Origin: the human T2T-CHM13v2.0 reference genome, Homo sapiens | Direction: 5' to 3' (one strand) | Length of the DNA stretch: 64,000 nt | NCBI RefSeq assembly: GCF_009914755.1 | Contig: NC_060929.1 | Shown here: positions 1 through 13,468 of the stretch, piece after piece | How positions within the stretch are numbered: the stretch's first letter is position 1 | Layout: every line of letters begins with the position of its first letter | The notes under the pieces: model-generated | The model's input: the letters and a program-made list of their open reading frames with translations, nothing else | Told to the model about the DNA's origin: nothing | Databases searched by the model: none | Translations under genes and position numbers: made by a program

Positions 1-849
1 TAACAAATACTTCCGCCGGCAGATTGTTAATGGGGCCATCATGAAGGGCTTATGCGATGATCCAGGAGATAATTGAGAAATTTGGGACGCTTGTTCTTCT
101 CTACCAAATCTGGCTTACGTTATTTCAGAGCCAAGTTGTTGACCTTTTCTTACTTCTTTTGTTAAGCTGTGGTACCAAAAGGCTTATATATTCAAACAAT
201 TTTAGAGAACCTTTTTACCAAGAGAAAAGTAGGGTGCTTAAATTTATTGAATACTGCTGCATTTAACCTATTTAATTGGAACACGTTAATTAGATCTAAT
301 TGCAAAGTTGTTTTAATTGGAAAATCAAGCATTGCACTGATATTGGTGTGCATGATTAAACAAAGTAACTGAGGTCACCAGTAGATTGTATAAGATTCAA
401 GCCTGTGATTGATTAAGTATGAAAGTTAATCAATTTAATTTATGTGATTGATGTTGATTCTTTCATTTTGAAATTGCCTGTTTGTATCTTATTTTTATCA
501 AGATACTGTGTGTGGAATGTCAAATAAACTACAGTAACACTTCAATCTGTTTATTTTCGTATAATGATGTGTTTATTTCTGATCTAAGTAATTTTAACAT
601 GGCTTTTGTGTCACTAATTAAGATTTTCAAGTTACTCAAGGTAAAATTAGGTTTTCTATTAAGAAAATTTAATTTTCTTGAGGAAATAATTCAGGCAACA
701 TGGGAAAATTAACCTATTAGTTCCATTAGTAGAGTTGATGGTTTATTGCCTTAAAACATATGCCATGCAGCTCAGGAACAAAGGTGTCCCTTTTTTAATC
801 ATCTCAGTGTCAATATGCTTCATGCTTCCTGATGACTATGAGGATAATT

Positions 850-915
850 GTAATAATAATGAGAAGATGAACATTTATGTAGTACTTATTATGTACCAGG
901 CATTGTTCTAATTTC
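850..915 (-). mobile_element. MIR fragment
   Basis: ataataat...aacatttatgtagtacttattatgtaccaggcattgttcta resembles the reverse complement of the MIR 3' end. Confidence 0.55.
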
Positions 916-1171
916 ATTAAATATAATAACTAACTTGATAATTTAAATTACGTAAAAGCATTTGCTTCTGGGAACTTACTTTTATCAAAGTCACAGTACT
1001 AACATCTTCTCATATATTAGATACTGTCTCCAGCACAGTTGCAAACATATATGGTTAAGCCGTTGCAAAGTAAAATTATTTGCCTAGGTCATATAGGGAG
1101 TAGGCCTTTGATACATTTTCATATTTAACATTGAGGAAATTGACCTAATTCATATGATTGAATCCATACCT

Positions 1172-1649
1172 TGTTTCAGTCAGGGTTCTCCATATATAAA
1201 AATGCAATGTTGAGCTACATTCCTGGCATATAATGCTGAGTTGTTGCTCTCAGCTAATGCTCCCTGTCATTCCACTTATTGTTAAGAGAGAGGTCTTTTA
1301 AAGATTTATTTTAAGGAATTGGCTAATATGATTGTAAGGAGGGTGGCAACTCCAACGTCTGTTGGGCGGGCTGGCAGAGTAGGCATGCAGGTAGGAGATG
1401 ATGCTGGAGTGTTGAGTCTGAAATCTGTAGGGCAGGTCAGCAGACTGGCAACTCAGACAGGAGTTCATGCTGCAGTCTCAAGGTAGAGTTTCTTCTTCTC
1501 CAGGAACCTCACGTTTTGCTACATCTACAGGTTAACCATGTCTATAGGTTAGCAAAATCTACAAAATGCCTTTACAGCAATAACTAGAAAAGTGATTAAA
1601 TGACTGAGTGCCATAGCCTAGATGAATTGACACAAAATTAAGCATAACA
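1172..1649 (-). mobile_element. MLT2-type ERV-L LTR
   Basis: Starts tgtttcagtcagggttctc, contains gatttattttaaggaattggct...ctggcag and ends ccatagcctagatgaattgacacaaaattaagcataaca. These are characteristic of MLT2 in antisense. Confidence 0.8.
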
Positions 1650-1879
1650 TAGCTTGACTTTATATGAATGGAATACCAAGTTGTGTAGGAGTCATGGGAA
1701 TTAATATATAATTAAATATAGTGAAACATAGATATAGCACTGTTCTGAAGCTAGATAACAGAACTAATAACTTGGTAATAGGCTTGCCGTATTAAACTTG
1801 CAGCATACATTGAAGTTTGGTTCACTGAGCAACTTTTCTAAACTTTTCTTTCTCTTCAATTTTCCAAATTCTTGCCACC

Positions 1880-2290
1880 TGGGGCTATGGCAGTTTTGGC
1901 CCAAAACTCATAAGCAGAAGTCTGCTAAAAAAGGGATGTTATCATAAAGAAAGCTTATTTTTCTTCCTAAAGAGAATCATTGCTGCTGCACAAAATTTCC
2001 TATTCCCTTTCCTCTTGTCTGAACTAGAGAAATAAAGCCTCGAAGAGCAGCAATTACTGGCAACCATGGGTACAAAATTCAACATCCTAAAGGTGACAGA
2101 GCCGTAAGATAGGAAGAGCTGGCTTCCTGGTGGATAATGCTAAATTGTTGCTCTAAGCCAAGACTCCCTGTCACTCTACTTCTTGTTATATAGGAAAGAA
2201 ATCAATCTCTGTTTTAAAGCTATTGCAAGATGTGTTTCCTGGGCTTTTATCTGTTTCCATTTTTTGTTGGTATCTGGACACAATCCTAAC
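1880..2290 (+). mobile_element. Ancient ERVL/MaLR LTR fragment (MLT1/LTR33-like)
   Basis: Degenerate gcagcaatt...caaccatgg...gacagagccgtaagataggaagagctggcttcc...cttcttgttata...ttaaagctattg pattern of old LTRs. Subfamily uncertain. Confidence 0.45.
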
Positions 2291-3800
2291 AAAGTTTTTA
2301 CTTGATTTATTAGTAAAGGGAGAATGAATTTATGAGTTTACATTTATTGTATATGCAAAGCAAATTTTGATATAGAATTGAACCACCATCTTTGATAAGC
2401 AAAGTCTTTATATCAGGAGGAGCAACTCTAAAAGAATCTTAAAGTATTACAAACTTTCCGAAGCAAAATCAGGGCTCTTACAAGAATATGCAATGTTAAC
2501 TGTAAGGAACTATGAAATCATCTACATAACCTGCCATATTCCTACTCTTACTCCTTAGTCACTGATATTACTAGAAGTTAATGTCTAAGATAAAAGATAA
2601 TAAGACCTATTTTTTTAATTTTTGGAGGGGAACACTCCAACTATCGGTTTAAGAAGGATTAACAAGGAAGTTAGTGGCAAAGGTAAACATGAAAGTTGTA
2701 TGAAACTTTTTAGAATTAATGCTATATACATTTTTAAACTGTGTTCTAGATTAACTCCTCCCCTCTATAGAGGTGAGAGGGAATGATAGTGGTGTGAAAA
2801 ATATAATTTCACCTTTGCCCTGGTCTTGTATAATGTTTATCATTTAGTACATAGCCATGAAGAAATATATACTAGATCATTGAATCCAGTATAGCAAGTG
2901 AGTTAAATGTGCAAAATTCTAGAGATATTTATGTCAGAAGTACATATAGGAGAACTGACAAAAATAGCAAGAACTTAGTCTTAAAAGAAGTTTCAAGACA
3001 ATGCCCCTGAATTCTGTGAGATCTTGAAGTGTACAAATAAAAAGAAAACCAGTTTACTTAGCAAAATTAAGACTACAAGAATGAGACTTATAAGTATAAA
3101 AATTTGTATAGAAATATACCTCTCGAAATTTTAAGATCCTAGGTTATTCACACATGTACATGTGTGTGTAAGTGTGTGTGTGATGTAAAATAAGGAAAGA
3201 AGCTTCATTCCAAGGGTTTTCACAATCTGGAGGTATTAATATAGACAGATCTTGGCATTTCCATGTATTAGTGTCACCTTCTCTGTGTTCGCAACAACTT
3301 CCTCCAGTCTTCAAAAGTCTGGGACCTCAGTGTCAAGCAAGTGACATGTAGACAGTCGGTACTATGTATAGTGGAGACATAAGTCAGCATGTATAAATCT
3401 GGTGATTTTACATAAGATTTCCTATTTCTTAGTTCTCTTGAATATAGAGAAAATGTGGCAGCACTTGATTTGCAGTGCAAGATGGCATCAATAGGAAGGA
3501 GCCAATGAATGGGTGCCCTAATAGACTGGGCATGCAGTCAGAATTCACAGCAGGCCTCACTGTTCTCCCCAAAAGTGAAATGCTCAGTCAGGTATCATTA
3601 ATCAGGGAACTTGAGTTGTTGTCTTGGTATGGAAGAAATACAGAAATATGTCTCTATAGCCACATCTCTATTGAAAAGGGAAAATGAAACATAGACCAAA
3701 AGGACCTCGTAGTTCAAGAAAAATGGGATAAGACATAATTTATTAAAAGACTAAACCATATTATAACATGTTTAATAGCAAATTGACAGTATATTTAGAA

Positions 3801-4448
<648 letters not shown>

Positions 4449-4644
4449 ATCTAGAATATACATCTAACCTAACCATCCAACTTCACTCATTTTTCTTACC
4501 ACTCTGGCATTTATAGACTTATAAAAATTTTAGCCCCTTTGTATAGGATTAAATTTTGTAGTATTTCTGTTTAATCATATGAAAAGTAAAAAATTTAAAT
4601 CTATGGAAATAAGAAATAACTAGATATTTTTAAGAACCATGGAA

Positions 4645-4976
4645 GCTGGGCACGGTGGCTCACACCTGTAATCCCAGCACTTTGGGAGGCCAATGCAGGG
4701 CAATCACCTGAGGTCAGGAGTTTGAGATCAACCTGGCCAGGATGGTGAAACCCCGTGTCTACTAAAAATACAAAAATTAGTCAGGTGTGGTGGTATGTGC
4801 CTGTGGTCCCAGCTACTCGGGAGGCTGAGGTGGAAAAATCACTTGAACCTGGGAGGCAGAGGTAGTAGCGAGCCAAGATCACGCTACCGCACACTCCAGC
4901 TTGGGTGACAGTGTGAGACCGCCTCAAAAACCACACAAAAACAAAACAAAACAAAACAAACAAACAAACAGAAAAT
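4645..4976 (+). mobile_element. AluSx-like (full-length) with (CAAAA)n tail
   Basis: gctgggcacggtggctcac...cacctgaggtcaggag. TSD accatggaa at 4636-4644 and 4977-4985. Confidence 0.97.
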
Positions 4977-6719
4977 ACCATGGAATTTGTTTGAAAAGTT
5001 GGGAACATCACAAATAATTTCCATAAACTGTCTCTTAGAACAACAGACTCGTTGTACTTAGCTGTCATAATTTAGAATTGTTTTATTCTTAGAAAGTAAA
5101 GATGTCTTTGAGATAATATTAAGCAGTTATAATTCAGGATTATCAACGATATCGAAATGTTTTAAACTGTATAGACACAACTTTAAGATAATATACTGCA
5201 GATCTACAAACCATTATGTGTATTAGATTTCAGATTTTATGGATGTTTTAAAGGGTTATCTCATTTCTGTATATTACTGCATGTTACCTTATATTCACAG
5301 TGAAATCCAGGGCAGTATCCTGTATGAAAAACCTGACTATTTCTCTAGTGAAATGTATGAACATTCACAATAAATAGAATAAATGGAGTGGGCTAATTGT
5401 GTCATTTCAGTCCAAGTTAGAACTATATGCGAGATAGGTTGAGGTCAGGATCGATTTTGCCACAAAATAAATTCTGAAAAAATCTTTTGGTTTCCAGATA
5501 TTTTGGGATTTTGGAAGTGTGGGTAAGGAGTTGGGAAGTTGTATTGTGTTAATACTAAATTACTGAACTAGATTTATTCTTTAATCACCTTTTTAACTCA
5601 AAAAGGAACTGTAACAGTGTATTTTTGGCTTCCTTTTCTTCTTATATGTTAACTGCCACAAAAGTATGTATTGGAATTATTTGGTTTTATGATGCTATAA
5701 GAGTAAAAAAATCAAATAATTCTTGTATAACTAGCAGGAAAACAAAACCTATGCCATTAAAATATTCAGGTACCTGAAGACTGACTGACTTATTTTATCA
5801 CTTCACCTTTTCTATAAGTCAAAATTTTCATTAGTTCTTTACGGTCTTTAAACACAGTTTTCACCCAAACTAAGAGGAGATAGAAAAAGAAAAATAGGGA
5901 TACAAATCTGCAATTTAAACTTGAACACAGAAAGCCTTTTCAGTAGGAATTATCCATTTTAATGTTACTATTTTAAAATACCAAAAATTGTTCTTTTTAT
6001 TTTCCGAATCTAAGACCCAAACTTTTTTTAATCTCCTGAAAACCACTAACAGTTGTTTTATTACTTTAAGGAAGCGACACTGAAAAATACTGTTGAAATA
6101 ATGTTGTATTATCCTGTATCTTTTCTTTGGTGTTTAAACATACGCTTTCTATTTTTCTCTCTCCTTCAATAGTCTTAATCCAGGCCATAATAAATTCTTT
6201 GTCCAAGCTCCAACATCTTTTGAACAATCCTACCCTCCGCATTCTTCCTGTGTGGATCCTGTTCAAGGCCAAATTCACCACATGGCTGTGGTTACCTCTT
6301 ACTGCACCCTTATTCTGTGCCAGATCCTTAGTTAGGCACTTTTTAGATCCCTTTTTATTTTTATCATTGAATTTTTGCAACAAATTTTGATTATAAAATG
6401 GTATTCAGTCAATCAGAATTTATGAAACTTGCCCAAAGTCAGGAATCTGCTCAAAATTGCAGTTAAGATTATAAATTCTGTCTGAATTTCTTTTTTTCTA
6501 AATGTCATTCTCTTTCAGGGGAATAAGCACCAATTAACTAAATCATTAAATCACTTTCTATATCTTCTAGAGAATATTCTAGGGAGTTCACCAGGGTGAA
6601 TTCAAACATACTCCATGTACATAGTAATTTATATAATTGTGCTACAATGTTAAAGCTATAAAAGAAGTGCAGGTTTTATTTGTTTTTATTATCAGCACAG
6701 GTCAACATTCAATTTGGAT

Positions 6720-9200
6720 GTCATTTCTTTCTCTAGACTATTATTTCTAGCTAGAATTCTCAGTCCATGTTGAATATTAAATAGAAGTGGTGAAGCACCC
6801 TGGAATACTATGCAGCCATAAAAAAGAATGAGATTATGTCTTTTGTGGGAACATGGGTGGAGCTGGAGGCCATTATCCTTAGCAAACTAACACAGGAACA
6901 GAAAACCAAATACTGCATGTTTTCCCTTATGAGTGGGAGCTAAATGATGAGAACTCATGAACACAAAGAAGGGAACAGCAGACACTGGGAACTGCTTGAG
7001 GGTGGAGGGTGGGTTGAGGGAGAGGAGCAGAAAAAATAGCTATTGGGTACTAGGCTTAGCACATGGGTGACAAAGTAATCTGTACAACAAACCCCTGTGA
7101 CAAAAGTTTACCATATAACCTGTTCACCTGCCCCAGAACCTAAAATAAAAGTTAAAAAAGAATTGGTAAAGTAGATATCTTATTTTTTTGTGGAGGGGAA
7201 AAAAACAGTCAGTATATCAGCATAAAGTATGATGTAAGCTGTAGCTTTTCTGTGTATTACTTTTATTAAGTTGAGAAAATTCTATTACTGCTTTGCTGAT
7301 GGTTTTTATCAGGAATGGAGGATAGATTTTCTTAAAGGCATTTTCTATATTTATTGAAATAATGTGTTTTCTTCTTTTTTTAAACAGTTTGTTAATATGG
7401 TGGACTACATTACTTTTGAATGTTCAACCAGCCTTGCATTCCTGGGATAGACTCCACTTGGTCATGATGTGTATTCCTATTTAAATGTTATTAGATTTAT
7501 TAAAATCATGTTTGAGAGTAAGCATCTATGTTGGTCTGTAATTCACTTTCCTTGTATAACAGCTATAAGGTTTTTAATCAAGGAGAGGCTAATCTCATAG
7601 ACTGAATTGGGAAGTATACTCTTTCCTAAAATATTCTGGACAAGTTTATGTAAAAATGGTATTATTCTCCCTTCAATGTTTCATAGACATCATCTTGAAG
7701 ATCTCTGGCCCCTAGCATTGTTCTTATGGAAAGGTTATTAACCACAACTTGAATTTATTTAGTAGATACAAATCTCTTCAGTTTATATATTTCTTCCTGA
7801 GTGAGCTTTGCTAGTTTGTGTCTTCCTTTAACGTTTAAAGGGCTTTTTCCTTTTCATCTAAGCATGGACTCTATCAGCATTAAGTTTTTAATTTCTGTAA
7901 AATCTGCAATAATGCCACCACTCCCATTCAAAATATTGGTAATTTGTGTCATTTCACAGGTCTTTTCTAACTGGTCTGGAGAAAGGGTTGACAATTTTAT
8001 TGATCTTCTCAAATAACCATTTTTGTTTCATTTTTTTCTGTACAGTTTCTGTTTTTGATAGAATTAATTTCTATTCTTTATACTTTTTTACTTCAGCCTA
8101 ATTTCAGTTTACTTTCTCCTATTTTTCTGGTTTCTTAAGGTAGATGCTGAGGTCATTAATTTGACGTTTTCCTCCTTTGTTAACACAGGTATTTAATACT
8201 ACAAATTTTCTCCTAAGCACTGCTTTACAAACATCCAACATAGTTGGTAATTTGTGTTCTCTTTTCAATCAGCTCAAAATACTGACTACTTTTTCTCTTA
8301 AATGCTTTTTGACTTATGGGTCAAGAAAGATGGTATGTTATTTAGTTTTCAAATTTTGTATTTTGTTCCAGAGATCTTTTTGTTTTTAATTTCTATTTTA
8401 ATGTGGTCAGAGAAAAAATTTGTAGGCCTAAGTATTTTAAAATTTAATGATATTTGTTTTATGGTACAAAATACAGTCTATATTGGAAAATATTTGGTGT
8501 GTACTTCAGAAAAATGTAAATTCTGTTGCTCTTTGGTAGAGCACTTTATAATGTCAAATAGAAAAAGCTGGTTAATTGTGTTGTTTAAATGTCCTATACC
8601 CTTATTCATTTTTCTGTCTACGTGTTGTGTCAATTATTGAGATGGGATATTGAAATCTTTATGTAAATTTTTTCTTAGAGTTTTGTCTTTTTAATCAGTT
8701 TCTGCTCCATGTATTTTTAAGTTTTATTATGAGGGGCTTAAGCCATTTGTTTTGTTATATCATCTTGATGAAGCACTTCCTTTATCTTTTTTTAGAAAAG
8801 AACTTCTTTATTCCTGGTAGTTACTTGAACTGAAATCAATTTTGTCTAATAATAAATTGCATTTTTTTTCTCCTTTTTAATTAGTATTAGCATAACATAT
8901 TTTTTATTCTTTTATTTTTAATTGATTTGTGGTTTTATATTTAAGGTGTGTTACTTGTAGGCAACATCTTGCTTTTTTATCCATTTTGATAATCTCTACA
9001 TTTTAATTGAGGACATTTAGACTATTTCTTTTTAATACAATTATTAACATGCTTAGATTTAAAGGTATCATTACAATATTTATTGCCTAATAGTCCTGTC
9101 TGTTCTTTGTTTCCTTTTTCACCTTCCAGGGTTTCTAGATTAATTATATTTTTATGATCCCAACCTATTCCCTTTAAAAAATTTTTTAGTTATAATGCTT
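6720..9200 (-). mobile_element. Old L1M element (ORF2 RT to endonuclease region, decayed)
   Basis: Antisense L1 motifs: ccttgcattcctgggatagactccacttggtcatg, tgaattgggaagt, tgtggtcagagaa, gatattgaaatc, ttgtaggcaaca. Confidence 0.85.
6796..7158 (+). mobile_element. 5'-truncated L1PA (L1PA15/16-like) 3' end inserted in the older L1M
   Basis: ggaatactatgcagccataaaaaagaatgag...gagtgggagctaaatgatgag...aaaataaaagttaaaaaa. TSD agaagtggtgaag (6783-6795) / agaattggtaaag (7159-7171). Confidence 0.92.
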
Positions 9201-9234
9201 CGCTTTATTACTCTAGTGCAATAAGCAACTCTTT

Positions 9235-9490
9235 AAACATAGGGACCAGTAAAGACTGCCTGCTTTTAGCATTTCCATTCAACCTTTTACTGAAGGTCTT
9301 ACCCAGACAGTAATGCATGAAATAAAATAAATTGTAAAATAATTATAAAGGAAGAATCAAAATTGAAAATACCTTCAGATGACTGCTTATCTTGAATACC
9401 CCAAAGAATCAATGAATAAATTATTTGAATCAGGGTTTTCAGATTTAAAGTTATTATAAAATGATTGGTTTTATTCACTAACAATTTTTA
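9235..9490 (+). mobile_element. Old L1 ORF2 reverse-transcriptase fragment (sense)
   Basis: Degenerate [20 protein letters not shown]-coding region (gggaccagtaaagactgcctgc...ccattcaac) and a FADD-like ttcagatgac. Confidence 0.6.
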
Positions 9491-10304
9491 GAGAAGTATT
9501 ATTTTACATTGCATGTTTATGTCGAGATGTTGAGGCTATAAGCATTTGTGTACGAAGTGTCCAAGATTTATGGTTGGTTGTCTCTGATAGGTTTCTCTAC
9601 CTTGTTCAGCCCTGATTTTGTCTGTGAAACTTATTTCCCCTAAATTGCGTGAGACTATGAAAACTAACTCTCAAGTTCATCTGTTTGGTAAACATCTTGA
9701 GGCAAAATCTCCGCTTATTTTTCACTCAGTACCTCACCTGAGTCTACCTCATTTTCTTGCCAAAGAATTGTGCTATGGATTTATTTTAGTAGATTACAAA
9801 TAATTTATCCAGTAATTTTAGTTGTTTTAATGAAAGGATTTGTCTGTTTTCTGTCATATTTCCAGAAATGTTTAACCTGTATAATTCCCACATTGTACAA
9901 TTCACTCTGTATAACTCCTACAGTGATACAGTGAGGATCACAAGAAAGATTTTGGTAACTCCAACTCAGGAAGATTAAAATTAACCATGTAAATAATTTA
10001 CTATCTGTCTCATAACTTACATGACAGAAGATACATTAAAAGTTCTTTTGTCTCTTAGCCTAGTGCACTTAAAAGTAGTACTTTGAATTAAATACAAAAA
10101 CAAACCGAGTACACAATATAGTAAAACCATTTCTTTACTGTATTCCGGTACAATTATATACATTTAACTTAAACTTTTATTATATTTTTGATTAGGTCTA
10201 TTTTTAACCTAACTATTTAAGAAAAAATCTATCGAATACTTACCATGTTCTTGCTCCTGGTAAGTAAATAAATCATGAACCTATAGTCCCTGTCTTTCTA
10301 GGTT

Positions 10305-10800
10305 ATGACTCTTAGGTTGCTCATAATAGAGCACTTAATTCACTCTGGCTTAAAAATAAAAGATAATTAATTGTTTTATATGACTGAAAAATGCAAACAT
10401 AGGAATGACCTCAGATAAGATTTGATTCAGCAGCTCAATAAAGTAAGCTAGAATCTTACTTTTCTCTGCTCTAACTACAATGATGTGGGCTTCTCCACCA
10501 GCCTCCAAGTAGCATACCGTCAGCCCTGCTTGTATAGGCTTTCCCTTGCATAGCAAAGTCTAGGTTTCATATTCTGACATCATAGTCCCCATGAAAAAAC
10601 AAACAATATCCTCTGCTAATAGAAAGCTAAGAAAGAGAAAGTACAAAGTTTTCTCTCCTAGAAAACCCTAACAAATATATACCCATGTTGCATCAGCCTA
10701 TTTGGATATTAGTATGTGACTGAAACAGTTACTGTTGAGGTTATGGGTCATGCTGTCTGGAATGAGCCTGGAATTGAGGATGGCTTTGACTGGTCGTTTG
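10305..10800 (-). mobile_element. Ancient MLT1 (J/K-like) MaLR LTR
   Basis: ttaggttgc...ctggcttaaaaataaaag...tgactgaaaa...tcagataagatttgattcagcagctcaa. Confidence 0.55.
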
Positions 10801-10929
10801 GTAAGTAAACCATATGACTGATAATGACGGTTGAGAGAGGAGGGGTTTTGAAAAGATAATTCAGAAAAACTATTAACAATAAGGAAGGTGAATAGAGGCT
10901 GGGGGAAAAATATTTCTGTCTTTCATGCT

Positions 10930-11080
10930 GGTAGAGACAGCATCTCACTTTGTCACCCAGGCTGGAGTGCAATGGCACAGTCATATCTTGCTGCAGCCTC
11001 AAACTCTGGACTCAAGCAGTCCTCCCACCTTGGCTTCCCAAAATGCTGAGACCACAGGATGAGTCACTATTGCCTGGCTT
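10930..11080 (-). mobile_element. Alu monomer (FAM/FRAM-like)
   Basis: Single arm: gtagagacagcatctcactttgtcacccaggctggagtgca...ctcaagcagtcctcccacc...gcctggct. Confidence 0.85.
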
Positions 11081-11199
11081 GAACTAGGAACTTTAAGTCA
11101 TCACTAAATATTGTTGAATTATTGAGTGTAGTCAAGTAAAATAGTCAAATCTTAAACAACTTGTCTCTCCTGATATTAGAAGAGACTTCTCTGACTGTA

Positions 11200-11460
11200 C
11201 TTTCTTGTGATATATGTTTCTGCTTGTTTAATGTAATCATAGGATTCAGATTTATTCCTATAAATTTTTATAATGTTGATCTTTCACAGTCATTCTAGTT
11301 TGTTGAGCCTTTTCAGAATGCTAATTCTGTCAACTGTCATATTTCCTTACCCTCCTAGTCTGAGGTCACCTGAATATCTGATAAGCAAGTTTACTTTATC
11401 TCTATCCACTATGTAGATAAAATATTTCACAGGACAAGGCCATATGGTTTTACTTTTTTT
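11200..11460 (-). mobile_element. L3/CR1 LINE fragment
   Basis: attctgtcaactgtc...ccctcctagtctgaggtcacctgaatatctgataagc...gataaaatatttcacaggacaaggcc resembles the antisense CR1 RT region. Confidence 0.6.
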
Positions 11461-11948
11461 TGGATCATTGACAAAAGCTTCAGTAAGTAACCACTAGTAC
11501 ATGATAAAATTAAGATATGAATATATACAGTTTTTCTATTAGTGCCTATGTCTGCTTAAGTTAGCAGAGTCAAGAAGCATTCCCAATTGCATGTGATTAT
11601 GCTCAGGACTGAGTAAGGATAAGAAATAACACAAGGGTCGGGTGGATGTGTTGTACAGATTTCATGGTAAAATTTTAAAGAGACAATGATTTTACATTTT
11701 GATGCATCCATTTCAACCATGCCAAAATAAACAAAAGATGTTCCAGTGTTTACATATGCGTTATGTATCTGTTGGTTCCCATGCTGTAAAACTACCTACG
11801 GTGAGTTACTGACCATCTACTAACAACCCACTCTCCCTTCCCAATTGGTCTACTGCTCTGATAGAGGAGTTTCTGAGTTTTAATTTGTTCACCTAACCTT
11901 TTATGTGACCTTTGATTAGCCCAGCCTGCTGTCATGTCTATCCATATG

Positions 11949-11993
11949 TCATATGGTATATCAATATACCATATGATATCAATATACCATATG
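11949..11993. repeat. Palindrome with tandemly duplicated arm
   Basis: tcatatggtatat-ca-atataccatatga (13-bp arms). The 18-mer atatcaatataccatatg occurs at 11958 and 11976. Confidence 0.9.
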
Positions 11994-13153
11994 ATCCCAT
12001 GTTGAGTGGGGCACGCTGGATGAATCACATAATTTGTCTATTGACGGTTCATTTCTCTGGAAAATATTGGCATTTGATACTACCAGGAATAAAGGAAAGC
12101 TTTCAAATCAGGAAAAATGCAGGTGGAAGACTTAAGACAGCAAACCCTCTAGGTAAAAGTTTGTACAGATTCTTAAGGGGAATCCTTTTTTGTTATTCTG
12201 CCTAGAGCCAAGGCCAAAGCAGAAAATTTCTGTGAGTATCCTTCTTGCCTACCTCTGTTTTCGTTATTTTTGTTTTATTGTTTGTTTGTTTGCTGTTCTT
12301 GTTGAAGGCCACACCACATCCCCACCTAGACCAAGGCCCTCTCTCTTACTCTTGAATGGCCATCACAACTCAAGCCTCTAGGTTAGATATTTCCCTATGC
12401 CTCAGGATAGCTGTAGCAATGGCCCCCTGCTCTGCATTTCAGCTATCTTTCTTCATTTTGACCTCTCATGCAAATGCTCCCAATTACTTTCGCCGTTATT
12501 CATTTGTTTTCTTTACCCTCTTTAACCATCATAACTGAGAGCATTGTAACATTAAGGTATAAAACTAGGACCTAATTAATTTCTCTGAATCTAAATTAAT
12601 ATCCTTCTTCTGAATTATTATTTGTATTATTCTATACTTTTCAAATTGTGTATATGTAATTTTTTAATTTCATCATTCTGTTCAACTCAACACAAGATAT
12701 TCTTTTCAGAGTCACTTAAAGTACATATTTGTAGCTTTCATTTGGGATGGGACACTCCCCTGGTAATTCATTTTAAAAAAAGAGCCTGCCTGTGCTCATT
12801 TTGAGTCCTATCTTTATATTATGTTGCCATATAATATTAATACATTATGGCTAAAAGAATATACTTTATAAGATATCCTTAGGACATAATTTATTTTGCT
12901 TAGTTTTCAGTGCTTAGCTATGTGAATCTTGAAGACATTATGATTAACTTTATTTATAAATTGTGATACTGAAAACTATGCATTGCAATACAATTGCATT
13001 TGTCATTTTGTTACTGTTTTTCCTTTCCATATTGAAGGAAGTATGTAGAATGTGCACAGCCATATTTATTTGCCAATATCAGGAATTCAGAGAAAAAAGA
13101 TATAGTAAGGGAAATCAAGGTTATAACCTTTGAATTTAAAAATACTTCTCACT

Positions 13154-13429
13154 CACTCTGGGAGGCCGAGGCAGGCGGATCACAAGGTCAGGCGGATCAC
13201 GAGGTCAGGAGATCGAGACCATCCTGGCTAATGCGGTGAAATCCCATCTCTACTAAAAATACAAAAAATTAGCCGGGCGTGGTAGTGGGCGCCTGTAATC
13301 CCAGCTACTCAGGAGGCTGAGGCAGGAGAATGGCGTGAACCCATTGACGGAGCTTGCCGTGAGCCGAGACCGCGCCACTGCCCTCCAGCCTGGGCAACAG
13401 AGCCAGACTCTGTCTCAAAAAAAGAAAAA
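13154..13429 (+). mobile_element. 5'-truncated AluY with internal 17-bp duplication
   Basis: AluY diagnostics gagatcgagaccatcctggcta and ggcgtgaaccc. TSD aaaaatacttctcact on both sides (ending 13153 and 13445). Confidence 0.96.
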
Positions 13430-13468
13430 AAAAATACTTCTCACTGTATGAATTACCATCCTCCCTAA

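Noticed and set aside
5430-5545. Possible Tigger-like DNA transposon end
   Set aside because: Similarity is too weak to assign a family by eye.
6999-7020. G-quadruplex consensus
   Set aside because: Ordinary G-rich tract of the L1PA 3' UTR.
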